Below are positions 16,801 through 24,708 of a DNA stretch of 64,000 bases, in pieces; the first letter of the stretch is position 1, and each line of letters starts with the position of its first letter. Below the pieces are notes generated by a model. It was not told the origin of the DNA and did not search any database. It saw only the letters and a program-made list of their open reading frames with translations. The translations under genes and the position numbers were made by a program. Origin of the DNA: Alphaproteobacteria bacterium (GTDB taxonomy: Bacteria > Pseudomonadota > Alphaproteobacteria > Micavibrionales > Micavibrionaceae); contig JAACQG010000010.1 of assembly GCA_009995045.1 (NCBI GenBank), forward strand, positions 28,025-92,024, in the 5' to 3' direction.

Positions 16801-18841
16801 CGATGAAATAAAAGCTCTAACCAAAACCGGAACTGGCGGCTTGATTGCACATTACAAACTTGATGAAACATCAGGAACCACCGCCGCCGACAGCTCGATT
16901 TACAATAACGATGCCGCGATGAACGGCGGCTTGGATGCAAATAACAACCGCGTCGACGGCCCAATGAATACCGCCTTAGAATTTGACGGTGTTAACGACA
17001 AAATCAACTTAACAAATCCAAACCTAGTGTTAGGAACCGCCCCTAAATTCTCCGTTATGGCATGGATAAAACCCAACGAAATTAATAACTCGTATATCTT
17101 TAATTGGGGCAGCGGCAGCGGAAAATCTCCATCTATCCAATTCAATAGTAACGCGCTTAGATTCGGAATAACCGGCTCCAGAATAGATGCGGCAATGACA
17201 GATATGGGAATCGCAGAAAATAAATGGAGCCATGTCACAATCACGTATGACGGCACAACAGGAAGAATATATGGCAATGGTATATTAGTAGAATCCGATA
17301 CCTTAAACCTAACTGAAATCGATGACGGCACAATAGAAATTGGCGGCGGACCAAGTTATTTTAATGGAGCAATCGATGATGTAAAAATTTACGACCGCCT
17401 CCTCTCCGTGGATGAAGTCCTCGCCCTCTACAACGCCGGCGATCCACCGCCCGTTCCAAATGATAACCTCCTTGCCCATTGGGAATTCGAAGAAACATCG
17501 GGCACAACTGCCACAGACAGCACCGGCAACGGATATGACTTAACGCTTTCCTCCTCCCTAACCGCAAATTCAGTAACGGGAAGAATTGATAACGCCTTTG
17601 ATTTCTTTGCCGCTGGTAACGGTTCGAGCGGTCAAGCAAACATCCCCGCGTCTTTCACCGCCAACAAACAATTCACTGTTGCAATGTGGCTGCGCCTGAA
17701 AGACATAGATTCCAGACAACAAGGATTTTTCGGAAGCTCCAATTGGTTTAGGATCATGAATTATTTCGGCAATAGGGTCATCTTCAATACCCAAGCATGG
17801 GACACAAACGCAGTCGTATATGGTCCAACATTGGATCCCAATAAATGGACGCATATTGCGGTATCCTATGATTATGATGCCCCCTATACCCAAGATCCCA
17901 TTTTTTATGTAGACGGCGTCATGGCATCGACAAGCTGGCAGGGCGCGGCCCCTTCTGGCGCATATACAGACCCCGCCGACGAAACCTTATTCGTTGGAAG
18001 AAGAGTAGACTCATCAAGCGGTGGATTTAGCGGCGACATGGACGATGTGCGTTTCTATAACCGTATCCTTAGCCCCGCCGAAATCGAAATCCTCGCCGGT
18101 TGCACTGGCCCCGGCTCCTATTATTACAACTTCAGCAACAACAACATGCAATGGTGCAACGGCGTAAACGCTCCAAAAGATATGGGCCCAACCAATACAT
18201 CCGGCTCAACGTCTTCTTGCAACGTAAGTTATGACAGAGCAAATGTTGACTTCATATCAGATGGAGCTTCATTATATTACTGCAACACTCAAGATATGAT
18301 CCCCATTGGCAGAAAATGCACAAGTTGCGGAGGAAGCGCTACTGAAAAAGTCGCTTTTGTAACAATGTCAGCACAAAATGGTAATATGGGCGGCTTATCA
18401 GGGGCTGATGCCATTTGCCAAGCTGAAGCGGATGCCGTTGGCCTCACAGGAACCTACCTCGCTTGGCTTGCCGATAATACAGGATCACCAGATAGTAGGT
18501 TTTCTACTGCAATTAAAGGTACATTGCCAATAGTAAGAACAGATGGAACAACCATCGCAAATAATTGGGCCGATTTAACAGACGGCAGCATAGACGCACA
18601 AATGAACTATAGTGTTTATGGCGCGAAAAAAGAAACAAATGTATCCATAACGTGGACGAATGTAGCGAATGACGGGACATTATTTAATTCCTCAAATACG
18701 TGTGTAGATTGGACATCGAACAATAATGCAGACAACGGACAAACAGGGACAAGTACGGGCACAACTGATTGGACAGAACGTTCGTTCTCTCCCACTCGTG
18801 ACTGCCAAACTCGCTATCAAATTTACTGCTTCGAACAATAA
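13841..18841 (+). CDS. secreted modular protein (1666 aa): Cys-box, 6 LamG-type modules, degenerate Cys-boxes, C-terminal endostatin/DUF1554-like module
   Basis: The ATG overlaps the gene B stop (TAATG, 13839-13843). Signal peptide ends ...LLAMTALSPNTAYA. Five tandem modules each start (L)(V/I/L)(A/G)H(Y/F/W)(K/E)(L/F)(D/E)ETSGTT and end DDV(R/K)(I/F)Y(N/D)R.(L/I)S..E. One variant module has FDGTNDY...LADIWIDY. The C-terminus ends ...YQIYCFEQ. Confidence 0.9.
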   Translation: MHVKTVITNTTKAIHTKTIAAASLCLLAMTALSPNTAYAACSNNMDGEAGVAGEIEFFTPDNVLRYCDDTNWVDMVYKGPIPPDSSSIVNFFSDFFAPPAPTTEYTANAVNFDGTNDYLRRGSDMTGAADSKLLTFSFWLRLADTASGAKIIYNNTGSAILLYANGSSISFGLKNSAGTTITNARITNTAVANEWYHVLVSVDMADTASSSMYLNDEVSGTFFSPNPFIDENIAISKAEHSIGSAANTTQKFNGDLADIWIDYDTFIDFSVEANRRKFISASGYPVNLNADGSLPTGAPPDIFLSGDTATWHTNKGTGGGFTEGGALTDGPSVTPNGLVAHYKLDETSGTTAIDFTANGYNSTMSGGMTAAASTTNGVFNNSFNFNGVSNKLLVPNTLGTSLFGSPISFSAWIYNEGENSDSDAFNSQHIISFIHDIRAVLYIRESDHPTNPNSLLFLLDDSGGEKILASASNVVKQNSWMHVAGVNDGVNSKIYLNGIQIGSLPAGTPDTPLGSNRGIAIGGSTDGTSEFNGSIDDVRIYNRAISDDEITALYDLGKERASLIGHFKLDETSGTTGIDSSILANNGTYINGVTPATDTKDGVYDNAINFYSDVSVSNKELKAPSNDTYTNTSELTYAAWIKPRDFGGHRGIIELVDNAHMKTYFSTDDLSFGVEAWDDGFHEFRAATSIPPNEWTHVAVTYSYNDTPTTAPKFYINGNLFTGYINVPNISTSTYTLPATSAAVVGRVEWNGSGKNFNGLVDDARIYNRVLTAAEIQELYNDANLSLVAHYKLDETSGTTAIDSSVTGNNATATGSNITLNQSGIIEKSAVFGANSAYIVPHNAVYEDLDQLTLSAWVKDPATGTLSFIDKNNDFSFQLNSANNRLQFAGARWSTTSGIWRTPNNTLPLETDSWYHVAVTYDTSNLTNDPLFYVNGDLVSTTEQITPAGVKKAPGSLNLFLGNQNNLANPLGGNLDDVRIYNRILSADEIKALTKTGTGGLIAHYKLDETSGTTAADSSIYNNDAAMNGGLDANNNRVDGPMNTALEFDGVNDKINLTNPNLVLGTAPKFSVMAWIKPNEINNSYIFNWGSGSGKSPSIQFNSNALRFGITGSRIDAAMTDMGIAENKWSHVTITYDGTTGRIYGNGILVESDTLNLTEIDDGTIEIGGGPSYFNGAIDDVKIYDRLLSVDEVLALYNAGDPPPVPNDNLLAHWEFEETSGTTATDSTGNGYDLTLSSSLTANSVTGRIDNAFDFFAAGNGSSGQANIPASFTANKQFTVAMWLRLKDIDSRQQGFFGSSNWFRIMNYFGNRVIFNTQAWDTNAVVYGPTLDPNKWTHIAVSYDYDAPYTQDPIFYVDGVMASTSWQGAAPSGAYTDPADETLFVGRRVDSSSGGFSGDMDDVRFYNRILSPAEIEILAGCTGPGSYYYNFSNNNMQWCNGVNAPKDMGPTNTSGSTSSCNVSYDRANVDFISDGASLYYCNTQDMIPIGRKCTSCGGSATEKVAFVTMSAQNGNMGGLSGADAICQAEADAVGLTGTYLAWLADNTGSPDSRFSTAIKGTLPIVRTDGTTIANNWADLTDGSIDAQMNYSVYGAKKETNVSITWTNVANDGTLFNSSNTCVDWTSNNNADNGQTGTSTGTTDWTERSFSPTRDCQTRYQIYCFEQ
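14851..18100 (+). repeat. tandem array of five about 0.6-kb LamG-module coding repeats inside gene C
   Basis: Module starts lie near 14851, 15528, 16198, 16840 and 17467. DNA-level similarity is visible at module boundaries, e.g. cattataaactcgacgaaaccagtggcacaacagcc (14861) versus cattacaaactcgatgaaaccagcggcacaacagca (16208). Confidence 0.8.
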
Positions 18842-18853
18842 AAATGAAATGAT

Positions 18854-21800
18854 ATGAAACAAAAAACGCAAAGACAAAACCAGCCTACCCTCAAACAAAC
18901 AGCATTCTTATGCTGCGTCTTTGCTGCGTTTCTCATCGCGCCAATAATCACCCCCACCGCCGCATCTGCCCAAGACATCACATCCGGCCTCGTCGCACAT
19001 TGGGAATTCAACGACACTAGCGGAAGCACGGTTACGGATTCGAGCGGGAACGGAAATAACGGCACATGGTCCGATGGCGCAAACGATGATCTTGCTGAAG
19101 AATCCATTACATCATCAACAGGGAATGCACTTCGTCTGTCCGCCAATTCAAATGTAACCGCCCCCATTTTCCCCACTGGCGCATCCGCCCCATATTCTGT
19201 CGCCATCTGGATCAAATTTAATGGCCTTGGTGCATCCGATCAAAATAAAGTATGGGGCGCAGGACCTTACCCCGCCACATGCCAAGATGGCCCAAGCTTG
19301 TCTAAAAACTTTGAAAGTGGTAATTATTTTTTAAGATCAGACAACCAATGTGGTGGCAAAGTTCGCACGAATAGTTATCAAGTCGAGGACGTCTGGTATC
19401 ACGTCGTTACCACCTATGACGGGACAAATATATCACTCTATTTAAATGGGCAATTACAAAACTCAATCTCATCAAATTATAAAGGTACAGACCCACAAGC
19501 GGCTGATTTTATTCTAGGAAGCTATGACGGATCCTCAATTTTAGCCGACATTGATGATGTGCGAATATACAATCGCGCGATTTCGGTCGAAGACATACAA
19601 ACATTACGCTCACGCTTAGAAGCATGTGAAGGTGAAGCCGACGCCGGCAAAATGATCTACAACGAAGATTACCGCGCCATGCAATATTGCGACGGGTCGA
19701 TCTGGCAATCCATGGGCAAAGGCGCCTCCATCCTGCACGGTCAAAAAACCGAAGGCCAAGATTATGATATCAATGCAGTAAATTTTGATGGCACGAATGA
19801 TTACCTAGAAGTCACAGGTTTATCAAAACCACCACCCAGCCTAGTCACAGGTTCATTTTGGGTTCGCAGAGATACTGGAAACCTCGGCACTACACAAACA
19901 ATTTTGCGCTACAGAAATCCCGCTGGCGAATATCTGCGATTGAGATTTAATACATCCAACCAATTCTCAATTGATGGGCAAGAAGATGGTGTAGGAATCT
20001 TTAATATTCTTGCAAGAACAGTCAATCCTATATCGGACTCCAATTGGCATCATATTGCCTTTAGCATAGACACAACAAACAGATCTCTAGATCAAATTTA
20101 TGTTGATGGTGTATTAGATGTAACATCAAGCGGAAACACATATATAGCTATCGGTGGCGGTAGCGAAGCTTCAATCGGATCATTCGGAACAATTGAAAAA
20201 CTATACGGTTACCTAGCCGATATATGGGTTGATTTCGGAACAAAAATTGACTTTTCCATTGCTGCAAATCAGCGACTTTTCACAGATATCGACGGCAAAG
20301 CGGTTAACTTGGGAACAGATGGCTCCCTGCCCACCGGCTCGCCCCCCGATATCTTCCTCTCTGGCGATACCGCCGATTGGCACACCAACAAAGGAACCGG
20401 CGGCGGCTTCACTGAGAGCGGAGAGCTTACGACCGCCACAACCCTCCCCCCAGCGCAAAGCGCCAAAAAAATGCTCGGCTGGTGGCGCCTCGACGAAACC
20501 TCAGGAACAACATTTAAAGACAGCTCCGGCAACGGCAATGATGCAACATCATCAAACATCACCATGCCCGCCGCATCATCCATCGCCCCCGTAGGAAATG
20601 GCATTGATTTATCTGAAAACGGACAATCGAGAATAGAAACAAGCGCCGTAAGCACATTCACGCAAGGAAACGCATTCACCTACGCCGCATGGATGAAGCC
20701 AACCATCATTGATGGGGTTATGGGCATCATACGCATTGAAGGTGTTTTAGACCTCCAAACAAAATTCAATTCTAATGAAATACAACTATCACCAAAATTA
20801 TGGGATACGAATGGAGCATTTACCTCAACCACGCGCTTTAACGTGGGCGAATGGACACATGTCGCGATAACTTTCGATTACGATAACCCCATCAATACCC
20901 AACCCAAAATGTACCTCAACGGCGTCGCTGTCCCTGTTATTACGAATACAAATTCTTCTGGCCCTTTCCTTGGCATGCCCACAACAAGCAAGGTATTTAT
21001 AGGATTCAGAGGCACAAGTAACGGCAATTTCCACGGCATTATTGATGATGCCCGTTTCTATAACTACGAACTCTCCCCCGACGAAATCGCTGAAATTTAT
21101 GCCGCGAGTAATACCTTTGGCGGCCCCTACGGAACATATATTGACTCCGCTGCAAATAATTACCTTTCAGGACCAATCAGCACCGCCAGCGATAGCAAAC
21201 AATTAACATTAAGTTTTTGGTATCAACAAGACGCAAGCGATGGCGGCCCGATGACAATTTTGCAAACCGATAATGGTACAGAAGGAGGAATTGACATCAG
21301 CATCAATGGCGGAGGGTCACAAGCCCTTTCAATAGGCGCCTCTAACACGGCTCAAACTGATATACTAGGTTTAACTGGCTCCGGTGGCATCCTCAGAGAT
21401 GGAGAGTGGCATCACGTTCTTATAAGCGTCGACCTATCCGATCCCACCAAAAGGCATTTATACGTCGATGGTGTCGATGACTTAAGCAATGTTAATAATT
21501 ACGTTGATGACATCATGGATTTAACGCCGCAAAATTTGGATTACTATATCGGAAGAAATGAATCTGGAGGACGCGATATAAAAGGCTCCCTTTATAAGTT
21601 ATGGTTCGACACGGGAACCTATATTGATTTTTCTAATCCCACTAATCGCGCGCTTTTTGACATCGACGCCGATCTGGGAACCAATGGAGAAATCCCTACG
21701 GGTTCTGCGCCTGATATATTTCTCACAAATGACGCACCCACATGGAACGTCAACAGCGGTACCGGCGGCAATTTCACATTGACTGGAACACTTACAAATT

Positions 21801-23173
21801 CCCCGACCAAACTCCCAGGAAATGAAAAACAACCCCGCTACTGCGCCAACCCAAGCCAACCCGAAGGCACACTCATCTTCAACACCGATGACAACGTCAT
21901 GCAATATTGCGACGGCTATCAATACATCCCCCTCGGCCCACCGGGTGACGGCGGCGGCAGCTGTTCAAACCCCTCGGGCAGCGCAGGCTTCCTCTATTAC
22001 AACACCGATTTCCGCACCATCGAATACTGCGAAGGCGACGAATGGATCGGCGTCGGCCGCGATGGAACATCACTGGCATTAAGCAATGGTCTTTTGGGTC
22101 ATTGGACATTTGATGAATCCTCTGGAAACTTCGCTGATATTATAAATGGCAATGATGCCGTCCCCCAAGGCGATTATGCCTATGATCCAAATGGCGGAGT
22201 GATAGGAGGAGCAGTAGAGCTTGGCGGAACTAACTCATGCTTAGTTGCGGGATCAAACTCTATCAACTTACAAACAGCGGGGACATACAGCTTCTGGGTT
22301 AATTACAGAGACGACCAAGATTCCGATGGATTTATAACAAACGCAGCAATTTTCATAATCAATAGATCGGGCGGTAATACGCGCTTTCAAATGGATGATA
22401 GCGGAGGAGGATCGTTTCCGTATAATCTTGATATAACTGCACAACAAGTTGATTTAAACCAATGGACCCATATGATTCTCACATACGATAGCAACGGCGC
22501 TAAAGTTTACAAGAATGGCGCTCTAATAACGACATCGGGAGCACCAGCATTAACACCAGACTATGCCCAGCCTTCAAATTTCTATTTTGGATGCGACCGT
22601 AATATTCCTAACAGACATCTAGAAGGGAAAATAGACGACGTCCGCATCTACAACCGCGCCCTCTCCGCCGCAGAAGCTCAAGCGCTTTACAACCGCGCCA
22701 ATATCGACCCATGTAGCAAAAACAGCGTCACACCTGGTACAACATGTAATGATGGCACAATATATGCTGGCTCAAGAAATTATGGGTCAGGAAACGAAAA
22801 ATTATTTGTCCCTGCCGAATTCAGACAAAGCGGTGGCATACGATGGAAAGTATCAGTCTTGGCCGACGCCATACATATTAGCACCGAGTCGTCAGATGAC
22901 GGAAAAATTAATACCGCGAATTTAAACGCTTCAATTGATAATTTTCCCGCCTTTAATCTTTGCGATAGCCTAGATCGACACGGCTACAAAGATTGGTACT
23001 TACCAGCGAGAAACGAATTACAAATGTTAAAATCTAATTCTCTCGCTGATGCTGCCACATATTGGACATCCAATGAATCAAATGAGTTCAACGCAACAGC
23101 AAATTCAGGTGCTTTTTTCACCGTTGATAAAGATTCGAGTCTCCCCGATGTACGCTGTGTGCGTCGCAATTAA
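18854..23173 (+). CDS. secreted modular protein (1439 aa): 5 LamG-type modules, 3 Cys-boxes, C-terminal DUF1566-like module
   Basis: Starts 12 nt after the gene C stop. Signal peptide ends ...FLIAPIITPTAASA. LamG modules lie at about 18988-19608, 19770-20432, 20471-21106, 21130-21795 and 22090-22700. Cys-boxes lie at 19625-19720, 21842-21940 and 21962-22057. The DUF1566-like module at 22712-23170 shows DWYLPARNELQML, YWTSNE and VRCVRRN. Confidence 0.9.
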   Translation: MKQKTQRQNQPTLKQTAFLCCVFAAFLIAPIITPTAASAQDITSGLVAHWEFNDTSGSTVTDSSGNGNNGTWSDGANDDLAEESITSSTGNALRLSANSNVTAPIFPTGASAPYSVAIWIKFNGLGASDQNKVWGAGPYPATCQDGPSLSKNFESGNYFLRSDNQCGGKVRTNSYQVEDVWYHVVTTYDGTNISLYLNGQLQNSISSNYKGTDPQAADFILGSYDGSSILADIDDVRIYNRAISVEDIQTLRSRLEACEGEADAGKMIYNEDYRAMQYCDGSIWQSMGKGASILHGQKTEGQDYDINAVNFDGTNDYLEVTGLSKPPPSLVTGSFWVRRDTGNLGTTQTILRYRNPAGEYLRLRFNTSNQFSIDGQEDGVGIFNILARTVNPISDSNWHHIAFSIDTTNRSLDQIYVDGVLDVTSSGNTYIAIGGGSEASIGSFGTIEKLYGYLADIWVDFGTKIDFSIAANQRLFTDIDGKAVNLGTDGSLPTGSPPDIFLSGDTADWHTNKGTGGGFTESGELTTATTLPPAQSAKKMLGWWRLDETSGTTFKDSSGNGNDATSSNITMPAASSIAPVGNGIDLSENGQSRIETSAVSTFTQGNAFTYAAWMKPTIIDGVMGIIRIEGVLDLQTKFNSNEIQLSPKLWDTNGAFTSTTRFNVGEWTHVAITFDYDNPINTQPKMYLNGVAVPVITNTNSSGPFLGMPTTSKVFIGFRGTSNGNFHGIIDDARFYNYELSPDEIAEIYAASNTFGGPYGTYIDSAANNYLSGPISTASDSKQLTLSFWYQQDASDGGPMTILQTDNGTEGGIDISINGGGSQALSIGASNTAQTDILGLTGSGGILRDGEWHHVLISVDLSDPTKRHLYVDGVDDLSNVNNYVDDIMDLTPQNLDYYIGRNESGGRDIKGSLYKLWFDTGTYIDFSNPTNRALFDIDADLGTNGEIPTGSAPDIFLTNDAPTWNVNSGTGGNFTLTGTLTNSPTKLPGNEKQPRYCANPSQPEGTLIFNTDDNVMQYCDGYQYIPLGPPGDGGGSCSNPSGSAGFLYYNTDFRTIEYCEGDEWIGVGRDGTSLALSNGLLGHWTFDESSGNFADIINGNDAVPQGDYAYDPNGGVIGGAVELGGTNSCLVAGSNSINLQTAGTYSFWVNYRDDQDSDGFITNAAIFIINRSGGNTRFQMDDSGGGSFPYNLDITAQQVDLNQWTHMILTYDSNGAKVYKNGALITTSGAPALTPDYAQPSNFYFGCDRNIPNRHLEGKIDDVRIYNRALSAAEAQALYNRANIDPCSKNSVTPGTTCNDGTIYAGSRNYGSGNEKLFVPAEFRQSGGIRWKVSVLADAIHISTESSDDGKINTANLNASIDNFPAFNLCDSLDRHGYKDWYLPARNELQMLKSNSLADAATYWTSNESNEFNATANSGAFFTVDKDSSLPDVRCVRRN

Positions 23174-23237
23174 CCACCAAGGACAAAGTCCGAACCTATA
23201 AAGAAATCGAACAATGCCTTGTTTAATAAAGAAAAAT

Positions 23238-23264
23238 TAGTGAGCTCGGGAGGGTTCGAACCCT
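23238..23264 (-). pseudogene. degenerate copy of the tRNA-Arg 3' end (T-arm plus acceptor strand)
   Basis: Minus-strand AGGGTTCGAACCCTCCCGAGCTCACTA compares with the tRNA 3' end GGAGGTTCGAATCCTCCCGAGCGCACCA (about 21/25 identical). It lies about 160 nt downstream of the tRNA 3' end. An adjacent 8-bp hairpin spans 23263-23281. No 5' half is present. Confidence 0.5.
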
Positions 23265-23423
23265 ATTCGCCCCGCGAATAGCACCTAAAAAGAGGAGGTT
23301 CGAAAGCCCGATGAATAAACTATTTTTCAAAAGCTTTATCAAGATACTAGGCACGAGGAGCGCAGCGTATGAATAATACGTAAGCGATCGAGTAACGACG
23401 TAGATTGTGAAGCTATTGAAAAA

Positions 23424-23499
23424 TGGTGCGCTCGGGAGGATTCGAACCTCCGACTCCTGGCTCCGGAAACCAGTGCTCTATCCCCTGAGCTACGAGCGC
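23424..23499 (-). tRNA. tRNA-Arg (anticodon CCG), CCA encoded
   Basis: Reverse complement: GCGCTCG TA GCTC AGGGGATA GAGC A CTGGT TTCCGGA GCCAG GAGTC GGAGG TTCGAAT CCTCC CGAGCGC A CCA. The cloverleaf folds by hand, and the anticodon loop TT-CCG-GA gives CCG. Confidence 0.9.
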
Positions 23500-23670
23500 T
23501 AAAAAATATGCGTGCCGCAATAAAGCACTACGCCACATTTTTTTCAATCGCTAAAAATCATAAACCAAAAGACGCCACCCCTTCACACCGTGGATAACCT
23601 TCGGGATAAAACCCCAAAACCCCATAATATCCGCCCCCTCTAAAAGCACTGTGAATCATGGTGATAAAAC

Positions 23671-24603
23671 CTACCCCTTGGTAAGCTGAAGGAACACATC
23701 CTCAAGGTCGCTATCGGTCGTGGAAATATCCACGATCCCGTATCCCGCCGCCTGAATCGCCGCAATAATAGCGCCGACCTCTGTCTCTGAGGGGTTATAG
23801 CGCACAATAACACTGCGCTGCCCCGCGGTTTCCGCAACATATCCCGGCAAAACCGCCGCGACATTGTCCATCGGACGATCAAGACGGAAACGAATTTCCT
23901 TCCCCTCAATCCGCCCAAGCAACGTCTCTTTATCTTCACTCAACACAACTTTACCATGATTGATAATCGCAATCTGATCACAAAGCTCTTCGGCCTCTTC
24001 AAGGTAATGCGTCGTCAACATGATCGTCACACCCTTCTTGTTAAGCGCGCGAACATTCGCCCATAATTGCTTACGAAGCTCAACATCAACCCCCGCTGAT
24101 GGCTCATCCAACACCAAAATCGGCGGCGAATGCACCATCGCCTTGGCCACCATCAAACGTCTGCGCATCCCGCCAGAAAGCGAACGCGTATACGCATCCG
24201 CCTTATCCGCCAACCCAACAGTCTCCAAAATCTCCATCGTCCGCCGCTCACCGCTCGGCACGCCATAAAGTCCGGCCTGCAATTCTAACGTTTTGCGCGG
24301 TGAGAAAAACGGATCGTAATTAATTTCCTGCGGAACAATACCAATCGCGCGCTTTGCATTGCGCTCTTCCTTATCAATATCCATCCCCCAAATATGAACA
24401 CTGCCCGATGACTTCATCACAAGGCCCGCCATAATGTTAATAATCGTCGACTTACCCGCCCCATTCGGCCCCAAAAGCCCAAATATGGACCCCTTCGGCA
24501 CATCAAGCGAAACATCGGTCAACGCAACCTTCGGAGACGTATTCTTCCCCGACGCTTTATAGGTTTTATTCAAATTGGATATCGATACTGCATTTTCTGT
24601 CAT
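23671..24603 (-). CDS. ABC transporter ATP-binding protein (ABC-2/NatA-like)
   Basis: Walker A GPNGAGKST, signature LSGGMRRR, Walker B ILVLDEPSAGVD, H-loop TTHYLEE. No permease gene lies adjacent in this window. Confidence 0.9.
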   Translation of the reverse strand: MTENAVSISNLNKTYKASGKNTSPKVALTDVSLDVPKGSIFGLLGPNGAGKSTIINIMAGLVMKSSGSVHIWGMDIDKEERNAKRAIGIVPQEINYDPFFSPRKTLELQAGLYGVPSGERRTMEILETVGLADKADAYTRSLSGGMRRRLMVAKAMVHSPPILVLDEPSAGVDVELRKQLWANVRALNKKGVTIMLTTHYLEEAEELCDQIAIINHGKVVLSEDKETLLGRIEGKEIRFRLDRPMDNVAAVLPGYVAETAGQRSVIVRYNPSETEVGAIIAAIQAAGYGIVDISTTDSDLEDVFLQLTKG

Positions 24604-24708
24604 GCCACAAAATTAGCGCATTCAAACCAAAAAGTAAGCTCAATAATAAAAATTATTGAGATAGATAACGTTAACCAAAAATTTAAAATAAACCATTAAA
24701 ATTACACT

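Noticed and set aside
23296-23313. A second T-loop-like fragment (GGGCTTTCGAACCTCC) read as an additional tRNA or pseudogene
   Set aside because: Only the TTCGAAC core matches. I could fold no acceptor or anticodon arm, and the match is too short to call.
4217-23423. Calling the giant-protein block a genomic island or mobile element
   Set aside because: There is no integrase, transposase or conjugation gene. The only att-like evidence is the short tRNA-Arg fragment on one side. The left border (3945-4216) shares only an 8-mer (gattcgaa) with the tRNA. Composition looks similar to the surrounding genes by eye. It is kept as a hypothesis in the findings and not annotated as a mobile element.
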